A DNA stretch of 64,000 nt from Thermoplasmata archaeon (GTDB lineage Archaea; Thermoplasmatota; Thermoplasmata; Lutacidiplasmatales; UBA184), in NCBI GenBank assembly GCA_022750415.1, contig JAKIVT010000002.1, forward strand, positions 2,754 through 66,753. The letters run 5' to 3'. The position numbers were made by a program, and so were the translations under genes. Positions 56,973 to 64,000 of the stretch are shown piece by piece. The notes beneath the pieces were generated by a model. It searched no databases and was not told the origin of the DNA. It worked only from the letters and a program-made list of their open reading frames with translations. Within the stretch, counting starts at the first letter, position 1, and every line of letters begins with the position of its first letter.

Positions 56973-59756
56973 ATGCCGATCCGCCGACGCTGGGGTGCGG
57001 GGGCGCTCGCCGGACTCCTCGTCCTGGTCGTCGCCCTTTCGATGCTCCCGCTCCCGGCCCCGGAGCACGCCGCTCCATGGCCCTCCGGCGTGGCGACCTC
57101 GGCGCGGGTCGCGAGCAGTTGCGCCGGGGCTCCCCTGTCCCCGTTGCTCAACGGCTCCCTCGGAGTCGAGGGGAACCGGACGCCCCGTCCGATTCCGGGC
57201 AACGCCACGGTGTCGGTCCGTTACCTGTACCAGACGAACCAGTCGTCGAAGTTCGGGACGACCCTCAGTTGCTCGTCCAACACGCTCCAACTCCGTACGA
57301 ACGCCACCGGGGGATTCGCAGTCAACCTCACGCTCCCCGGCACGTCGTGCGGGCCGACAGGGTGCCTCACCTACCTCGGTCCGTTCGGCCCGGTGACGTT
57401 CCGGGTCACGACGGGCCAAGCCCCCGCCTACTTCCTCACCACCCACTGGTCGGGCTCGCTCGTCGCGCTCGACTGGGTGGACGCGCTCGCCTCGGCCACG
57501 ACTACCCCGTCCCAGTTCGCCACCCTCAGCGTGGGCGCAAGGACGACCGTGACCGGGGCCGGGTGGGATGGAGCCGGAGTCCCGTCCACCGCGAACCTGA
57601 CCTACGAATGGAGCCTGGTCGGGACGGGCTGGACCGGGAGCGGCGTGACCAACGCGTCCGACCTCTTCGTGACCGCGGCGATCGGCGCGGGGCCTGGAAC
57701 CATCACGCTCTGGCTCAACGGTTCGTACAACGGGACCGTCCTGGACCTTCCCGCGATCCATCTCTATCTGACCGCGGCGGCGACCACGATTGCGCGCGCG
57801 AGCATGCTCCCGACCGAGCTCGACGTCGGTACCGAGGCGACCGTCACGGTCCACGCGACGGGCGCGTACGGCTACGCCTACTCCGCCAACCTGACCCCGG
57901 GGCTCGGGGTCTCGGCCGAGTCGAGCCGGTGTTCGGTCCTTCCCGCCTCGGGCGGGTTTGCGACCGTCTCCTGCACGCTGCTCGTCGAGTACCCGACCGC
58001 GGGGTCGGCGCAGCCCACGGTCAACGTGACGAACGGATACTCCGCGTCCTCGGACTGGCAGTTTCCCAACGTGGTCGTCTCGAATGCGCTCGCCGTCGAT
58101 GTGGGACCGAGCCCGGCGCAGGCGTACCCGGGCGTGCCGGTCCGCATCGACATCCGCGTCGCTCCGGAGACGGGGACCGCCCCGTTCGGACCGGCGTGCC
58201 TCCTCACGGGGGATGGCCGGTTCGTGTGCGACCTCCATCCGGGCCCGAACTGGACGATTTCCGCTACCTACGCGACCCTCGGCTCCTACCCGGCATTGGT
58301 GACGGTCGCCGACGGATCCGGCACGAACCGCACGGTTTCGGTGCCGGTGGACGTGGTCCCCCGCCCAACGTCGCCGGTGGTCGAGCTCACTCCATCGAGC
58401 GTCGGCCGCAATACCTCCGTGGTCGCGAGCGCGCAGATCTCGGGGGGCGCATTCCCGATGTCGTACTGGTGGAATGCGAGCGGCCCCGAGACCCTCTATT
58501 CCGGCGTCGTCGAGTCGGACGCGATCCCGAGCGTCGCGTTCCAGAGCGCCAGCACGGGGACCAAGGTCGTGACCCTCACGGTCGTCGATGCTCTCGGCAC
58601 CGTGGAATCGGGGAGCGCCACCGTCGTGGTCCTGGGCGGGCCGGCCCGCGCGCTGGAGCTGAGCGCCCCGGCCGCGAATGGGACCGTGGCGGCGGGAACG
58701 CCGGTCGCGATCGCCCTCTGGATGGTGGACGGGTACGGCGAGCGGACTCCCGCCATCCCGGGGTTCGTCACGCTCCACTTCCCCGCCGCCTGCGGCGCCG
58801 TATGGGTCAACACCTCCGGGGGACCGATGGCCCCGGGCGCGAACGGCGACTTCCTCCTCCCCTCGGGGGCCGGGTCGTCCGGAGCCCTCAATCTCACCGT
58901 GGCGGTCAGCCGTTCGGGGACCTGTCCGGTTCAGTTCACTGGCCCGCCGTCGGTCGCGGGGGGCGCCAACGTGACGATCGACGTCGCGTCGGACGCGCAT
59001 CACGTCCTCCTCGTGAGTCCGCGAGAGGCCTCGGCGGGAGGCGGACGGAGCGCGACGCTGTACTCCCTCGTGGACCGGTTCGGTAACCCCCAGACGTCCG
59101 GGTTCGTGGAGGTCCGGTCCGTGTTCCCCGGAGGAGTCAACGAACTCGATTCCCCGGTCCGCTCAGGCCCGTCGGGCGGGTCGGTCTGGGTCAACTTCAC
59201 ATCGACCGGACCGGGACCGGGGACCGGCTACGTGATCAGCGAGTTCAATCAGAGCCTCCTCGGACCCCTCGCGATCCCGGCGCCGCCTACCACGAGCGCG
59301 ATCTCGTCGGCGGAGCTCCTCGGCCTCGGTGCGGTCGGCCTCCTCGCGGTCGTGGTCGGGGTCGCCCTCGTGGCCCGCCGGCGTCGGCCGCTCCCCTCCG
59401 GAACCGGCTCGGACGACCCCGAGGAACCCGACGAACCGCTCCGGCGGCTCGCCGAGGGGCGCTCCCACGTCCTCGCTCGGCTCTCGTACGACCGGGACAC
59501 CGATCTCGACGGGGTCGCGGCCGGGTTTCCGGGCCGAGCTCCGGACGCCGCCGAGCTGGCCGAATGGGTCGGCACGCTCGTGACCGAGGGACTCGTCGCG
59601 CCGATCGTCGGACCCGACGGGCGGCCGCAGTTCCGACTGGCCAACCCGGAGAGCGCCTCCCCAGGCCCTCGGGTCGAGGTCGACCCCCTGGCGCTCGACG
59701 CCGCCCTCGCCCGACGGGACCGGGATGCCGAAGAGCCGGACGGGCCGGTCGGCTAG
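56973..59756 (+). CDS. large secreted Ig/PKD-like surface protein with single TM and cytoplasmic winged-helix-like tail
   Basis: Signal peptide, Thr/Ser/Val-rich beta repeats, TM LLGLGAVGLLAVVVGVALVARRRR, then ~120-aa tail with AELAEWVGTLVTEGLV...DGRPQFRL. Confidence 0.78.
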   Translation: MPIRRRWGAGALAGLLVLVVALSMLPLPAPEHAAPWPSGVATSARVASSCAGAPLSPLLNGSLGVEGNRTPRPIPGNATVSVRYLYQTNQSSKFGTTLSCSSNTLQLRTNATGGFAVNLTLPGTSCGPTGCLTYLGPFGPVTFRVTTGQAPAYFLTTHWSGSLVALDWVDALASATTTPSQFATLSVGARTTVTGAGWDGAGVPSTANLTYEWSLVGTGWTGSGVTNASDLFVTAAIGAGPGTITLWLNGSYNGTVLDLPAIHLYLTAAATTIARASMLPTELDVGTEATVTVHATGAYGYAYSANLTPGLGVSAESSRCSVLPASGGFATVSCTLLVEYPTAGSAQPTVNVTNGYSASSDWQFPNVVVSNALAVDVGPSPAQAYPGVPVRIDIRVAPETGTAPFGPACLLTGDGRFVCDLHPGPNWTISATYATLGSYPALVTVADGSGTNRTVSVPVDVVPRPTSPVVELTPSSVGRNTSVVASAQISGGAFPMSYWWNASGPETLYSGVVESDAIPSVAFQSASTGTKVVTLTVVDALGTVESGSATVVVLGGPARALELSAPAANGTVAAGTPVAIALWMVDGYGERTPAIPGFVTLHFPAACGAVWVNTSGGPMAPGANGDFLLPSGAGSSGALNLTVAVSRSGTCPVQFTGPPSVAGGANVTIDVASDAHHVLLVSPREASAGGGRSATLYSLVDRFGNPQTSGFVEVRSVFPGGVNELDSPVRSGPSGGSVWVNFTSTGPGPGTGYVISEFNQSLLGPLAIPAPPTTSAISSAELLGLGAVGLLAVVVGVALVARRRRPLPSGTGSDDPEEPDEPLRRLAEGRSHVLARLSYDRDTDLDGVAAGFPGRAPDAAELAEWVGTLVTEGLVAPIVGPDGRPQFRLANPESASPGPRVEVDPLALDAALARRDRDAEEPDGPVG

Positions 59757-61046
59757 CTAGGGGTCCCGGCCGACGAGCTCGTAGTACCGGTACGCGGCCT
59801 CGCCGGCGGCGAAGCAGTACTGGATCGTCGTGTGGTCCGCCTTCAGCCGGGCGGCGTCGGCCTTCACGGTCTCGACCGACCGGCCCTTGTGGAGGAGGTC
59901 GTCGAAGAGCTCGGCGATCCGGTCCATGTCGGGCTCGGTCATGCCGACCCTGGTGACCTCGGGGGTCCCGAGCCGGACCCCGCTCGGGTGCTTCGGGCTC
60001 GTATCGCCGGGGAGGAGGTTCTTGTTCGCGATGAGGCCGGCGTCGGCCATCTTCTTCGCCACGGCCTCGCCGCCTCCCTCCTTCGCCATCCGGACCGCAA
60101 TCGTGTGCGAGCGGGTGAACCCGAGGTCGGCGGCGAGAACGTCGAAGCCCCGCTTGTGAAGCCCCTCGGCGAGCGCCTGGGCGTTGCGGACCGTCTGGTG
60201 GGCATAGGCGGCGCCGAAGGCGACCTGCTCGGCCAGGGCGACCGCGAGGGCCGCCATCGTGTGGAGGTGGTGGTTCGATGTGACGCCCGGGAACGCCGCG
60301 GACTCGAGCTTCTTCACCAGGTCCGGGTCCTTGGTTTCGCCGAGGAGGATCCCGTGCTGGGGCCCGGGGAGGGTCTTGTGGGTCGAGGCGGAGATCACGC
60401 TGACCCCCTCCCGCAGCGGGTCCTGGAACTCTCCACCGGCGATGAGACCCAGGACGTGCGCCGCATCGTACCACCCGACGGCCCCGATCTCCTCGAGCGT
60501 GGGCGCGATCTCCTGGAGCGGCATCGGGAACAGGAAGAGAGAAAGGCCGAACAGCGCGAGCTTCGGCCGCGCCTCCTTCAGGACCTTGCAGGTGCCGGCG
60601 GCGTCAATGGTCATCTTCGCCGGGTCCCAAGGATAGTAGACCGGTTTCACGCCGCGAAGCCCGAAGGCGCCGAACGAGGCGCTCGAGATGTGGGCCCCGT
60701 CCGCGAGGCGGGAGGTCCCGACGGGTGCGCCGGGCTCGGCGAGCGCCTTCAGGACGGCGAGGTTGGCGACGGTCCCCGAGATCGGCCGTACGTCGGCGAA
60801 CGAGCAGCGGAACACCCGGCGGGCCAGGTCGAGGCACATCCGCTCGACCTCGTCGACCTGCTCGTTCCCCTCGTAGTACCGCTCGCCCGGCTTCCCCTCG
60901 GCGTACCGCGAGTGGAAGTCCGAGACCATCAGTTCCTTCGCGTACGGGGAGAGGAGGTTCTCGCTCGCGATCAGCGGGATCGCGCTCTCGAACCGGGCCG
61001 AATGGGCCCGGACCGCGTTCCGGAGCGACCGGACGGTGCCGGCCAT
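59757..61046 (-). CDS. glyA: serine hydroxymethyltransferase
   Basis: LIASEN, RYAEG.PG.RYY.G, SGT.AN, YDAAHVLGLIAGG.FQ, STHKTLPGPQHG (PLP Lys), SG.RLGT. Confidence 0.96.
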   Translation of the reverse strand: MAGTVRSLRNAVRAHSARFESAIPLIASENLLSPYAKELMVSDFHSRYAEGKPGERYYEGNEQVDEVERMCLDLARRVFRCSFADVRPISGTVANLAVLKALAEPGAPVGTSRLADGAHISSASFGAFGLRGVKPVYYPWDPAKMTIDAAGTCKVLKEARPKLALFGLSLFLFPMPLQEIAPTLEEIGAVGWYDAAHVLGLIAGGEFQDPLREGVSVISASTHKTLPGPQHGILLGETKDPDLVKKLESAAFPGVTSNHHLHTMAALAVALAEQVAFGAAYAHQTVRNAQALAEGLHKRGFDVLAADLGFTRSHTIAVRMAKEGGGEAVAKKMADAGLIANKNLLPGDTSPKHPSGVRLGTPEVTRVGMTEPDMDRIAELFDDLLHKGRSVETVKADAARLKADHTTIQYCFAAGEAAYRYYELVGRDP

Positions 61047-61215
61047 CTCCTCGGTGGTCGCGTCGCGGCCGCTACCCAGAGACCCCCACCCCTCCGCTAC
61101 CACTGGAGAACCGGAGGGGGAAAGCGTTGCCCGCCGCGAGGCCGAGGCGGGCCTGAAGCGACGGGCCCTCGGCCGGTCCGGCCGATTCCATATACCACTC
61201 GAGTTTGGACCGGGC

Positions 61216-61683
61216 GTGACCGAGAACGGTGGCACGGCGGTACTGGGGAAGGCCTGGCCGGTCCACCGGTCGTTCCCTGTCTTCTACCATCACCTGGACG
61301 TACTCGGTCACCTCAACCACGCCGTTTACTTTCCGTTCATGGAGACGTTGCGTTGCGACTACTACCTCGCGGCGCTCGGCGCGCTGGACCCGGCTCAGCT
61401 CGACATCATCCTCGCTGAAGCGAGCTGCCGCTACCTAACTCCGGCTCACTACGGCATGGAGCTCTTCGGCGAGGTGGCACCGGCGACGCCTCTCGGTCGC
61501 ACGAGCTTCACTCTACTCTACCGGTTCCGGGATTCGAACGAAGGATCGACCGTCTACGCTCGCGGTCGAACCGTCGTCGTCTGCTACGACTACGCCACGA
61601 ACCGGAAGAAGGAAATCCCAACCGACCGGCGCGCCATCCTGGGGCGGGACGCGGTCGACCCCGCCTCGGAAGGGTGGGCCTAG
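61216..61683 (+). CDS. acyl-CoA thioesterase (4HBT/YbgC hotdog family)
   Basis: LDVLGHLNHAVYF.FME..R, LGRTSF.L.Y, G.TVVVCYDY. Confidence 0.88.
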   Translation: MTENGGTAVLGKAWPVHRSFPVFYHHLDVLGHLNHAVYFPFMETLRCDYYLAALGALDPAQLDIILAEASCRYLTPAHYGMELFGEVAPATPLGRTSFTLLYRFRDSNEGSTVYARGRTVVVCYDYATNRKKEIPTDRRAILGRDAVDPASEGWA

Positions 61684-61747
61684 GCCTGGGGAACGGTTCC
61701 AGTGGAACCGGGGGGGTGGGGGTGTCGGAGAACGTGGGCGGACATTG

Positions 61748-62060
61748 TGCTAGGCCAGCAGGATGGGTGCTCGGAACAACGGTACGTGATTCCCGGCCGC
61801 TCCTCGGCCCCGTCGCCCCACCAGCGTCGACGGGTCACGGTAAGGCTGCTCCCGTCAGGATCTAACCCGGTTCCCGTGATGGATACCCGCTAGGGCGCTC
61901 CTCCGAGCGCTCGTCGCGGGGCCCGCGGCCCGATGGAACAGAGCGTCTGCGGAGACGACCGAGACGTACCACTCCTCCGAACGTCGCTCCTGCCTGTCAC
62001 CCCCGCTGAGGACGGTTTCGGTGTAAAAGGGGACGCCCAACCCCCCGGTCTAGCCTAGCA
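61748..62060 (-). ncRNA. ffs: archaeal signal recognition particle (7S) RNA
   Basis: 5' GCTAGGCTAGACCGGGGGGTTGGGCGTCCCC (Alu domain); helix 8 GGAACCGGGTTAGATCCTGACGGGAGCAGCC; 5' and 3' ends pair (TGCTAGGCTAG/CTGGCCTAGCA); ~310 nt. Confidence 0.9.
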
Positions 62061-62151
62061 CCGGAACGACCGTTCGACGGTATTTATAGGTGTGTCCTCG
62101 GAATCCTCCGCGCTCCCGCAGGCGTAAATTCGGACGAGCCCTCCCGCGGGC

Positions 62152-64000
62152 GTGTCGGGCTCGGGCCGGCCCGACCGACGCGGGCCCGGTCGCCTTCTCC
62201 TCGTGGCGCTCGCCGCCGGGGCGATCCTGCTGATGCTCGTTCCGACCGGCACGGGGCCGCCCGGGGTCGGTCCCGGTGGGAATGGGGCCGCCGCATCCGG
62301 GGTCGGGTTGGCGGCCCCGTCGGCCCCCAACTCGTTCGGGGGCTGGGTGACGGACGGAGGGTCGGCGAACCGCTCCGGATACACGCCCCTCGGCGGGCCG
62401 CTCTCCGTCGCGACGGGGAACGTGTACTGCCCCTCGAGCTACCCCCTCCGGACCGGGGTCGTGGCGACCGGCCCGCTCGTGTACACCGCCGACGTCTTCG
62501 GCGACGTCTTCGCGATCAACCGGACCCAACTCGACCGCGGCGGCGGCAACGGCACCGTCGTCTGGCGGGCCTCGGTCGGCAACGCGCCCACGACCCCCGA
62601 CGTCAGCTCCGGCTTCCTGGTGATCGGCGACGCCGACGGGGCCGTCACCGCGCTCGACCTTCGCACCGGGGCGGTCCAGTGGGTCCACACGTTCGCGAGC
62701 CCCGTCCTCACCGGGATCGCCGTCGTCAACGGGACGGTCTACCTCGGCACGCTCAACGGAACGGTCGCCGCGATCGCGCTCGCCGGCGGCCGGACGAACT
62801 GGACCGTCTCGGCGGGCGGGCCGCTTTCCGGTGCCGTGGCCGTTTCCGGGAGCCGGGTCTTCGCGGCCACATCGGTCGGCGGCCTGGTCGCCTTTTCGGC
62901 CGGGACCGGGGCCCGACTCTGGAACATTACCACCGGTCGGCTCCTGTCCCCCGGCGTCGGCCCGGCCGTCTACGGGAACCGAGTGGTCCTCGCGGCGAAC
63001 GCCACGGCCGTCGCGTCGTACGCCGCGCAGAACGGTTCGCTCCAATGGCTCTGGAACGGCGCCGGCTTCGCCCCCCGGGACCGGATCGAGGCGGAGCCGA
63101 CCCTCTCCGGAACGACGGTCTTCGTCCAGACCCACGAGGGGAACCTCTACGGGATCAACGCCACGACGGGGATCCTCCGGTGGAACGAGTCGAACCCCCA
63201 GTTCGTCGCGGGGTACCCGGTGTACTCCGCCGCGGCGTCCACCCCCTCCGTCCTCTACGCGTACGACGCGACCCAGCAGCTGAAGGCGATCTCCCTCGCG
63301 ACGGGGCGGGTCCTCTGGCGGGCGACGTTCCTGTCGGTCTCCTACGGCCCCGTCGCGATCGACTCCGGGGAGGCGTTCCTCGCCGACGAGGTCGGTTGCA
63401 TCCGCGTGGTCGGCCGGGCCAACGCCGGCATCCCGTGGTCGGTCCAGGGGACCGTCACCGACCCGAACGGCACGCCGCTCGCGGGGGTCCAGATCTTCAC
63501 CGGCCTCACGACGAACCACACGAACGGCTCGGGCGGATTCTTCCTGACCCTCCCGAACGGCACGTACCACCTCCTGTTCGCGCTCTCCGGCTACGTCGAG
63601 GTCGGGCGGGACCTGACGGTCGTCGGCCCGGTCGCCCCGCTCGTCGTCGTCTTGCCGGTCCTGACGCTGTATCGGCTCTCCGGCACCGTTGAGGACTCGT
63701 ACTCCGGCCACGGCGTCGCGAACGTCGTGGTGTTCGTGTACGGGCCCGACCTGTTCCTGGCGAACATCACGACCGGAACCGACGGCACGTTCGCGCTCCC
63801 GGTCCCCGCGGGCGCCCTCGTCCTCTCGGCCCAGTCGAGTGACGACCACGGCGATGGCCAGCAATCGTTCACCATGCCGGCCGGACCGTTCCACGGTGTC
63901 GTCATCGCCGTCCCGCCGACCGACCTGGCGATCCCCCCGACCGACCCCTACGACCTGTACCTCCTCCTTCCGTTCGCCCTCCTCGGGGCCGTCGGCACGA
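62152..64000 (+). CDS. secreted PQQ-like (BamB-type) beta-propeller with carboxypeptidase-regulatory-like domains; runs off the window end
   Basis: Signal peptide; repeats G.V.A.D..TG...W; then V.GTVTD.NGTPL.GV, T...G.F.L.LP.GTY; absent from the ORF track because no stop lies in the window. Confidence 0.82.
   Translation, partial: MSGSGRPDRRGPGRLLLVALAAGAILLMLVPTGTGPPGVGPGGNGAAASGVGLAAPSAPNSFGGWVTDGGSANRSGYTPLGGPLSVATGNVYCPSSYPLRTGVVATGPLVYTADVFGDVFAINRTQLDRGGGNGTVVWRASVGNAPTTPDVSSGFLVIGDADGAVTALDLRTGAVQWVHTFASPVLTGIAVVNGTVYLGTLNGTVAAIALAGGRTNWTVSAGGPLSGAVAVSGSRVFAATSVGGLVAFSAGTGARLWNITTGRLLSPGVGPAVYGNRVVLAANATAVASYAAQNGSLQWLWNGAGFAPRDRIEAEPTLSGTTVFVQTHEGNLYGINATTGILRWNESNPQFVAGYPVYSAAASTPSVLYAYDATQQLKAISLATGRVLWRATFLSVSYGPVAIDSGEAFLADEVGCIRVVGRANAGIPWSVQGTVTDPNGTPLAGVQIFTGLTTNHTNGSGGFFLTLPNGTYHLLFALSGYVEVGRDLTVVGPVAPLVVVLPVLTLYRLSGTVEDSYSGHGVANVVVFVYGPDLFLANITTGTDGTFALPVPAGALVLSAQSSDDHGDGQQSFTMPAGPFHGVVIAVPPTDLAIPPTDPYDLYLLLPFALLGAVGT

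Noticed and set aside
1-64000. CRISPR array, cas genes, rRNA, transposase or integrase
   Set aside because: No regularly spaced repeats or recognisable motifs were seen.

Overview
This is a GC-rich, gene-dense archaeal chromosomal window, inferred to be from a high-GC Thermoplasmata. The evidence is an archaeal SRP RNA, tRNAs without encoded CCA, an AbrB-PhoU regulator, an HPS-RraA fusion, an ADP-forming acyl-CoA ligase, and many secreted Kelch/PKD/beta-propeller proteins and G1 peptidases. It holds about 55 CDS, tRNA-Leu(CAG), tRNA-Glu(TTC), SRP RNA and two toxin-antitoxin pairs (MNT-HEPN, VapBC). I see no CRISPR array, rRNA, transposase or integrase. Main points of interest: (1) an integrase-less accessory region downstream of tRNA-Leu, marked by copies of the tRNA 3' end and by bipartite inverted repeats built from T-arm motifs around a lower-GC surface-protein gene; (2) a membrane protein resembling an H+/Na+-pyrophosphatase scaffold without its catalytic loops; (3) a cupredoxin/DoxD-like/wHTH-membrane cluster with a shared 27-bp upstream motif; (4) a truA lacking a canonical start codon and an SDR gene interrupted by an in-frame TGA. 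All product calls come from motif recognition by eye, not database searches, and many start codons are best guesses.
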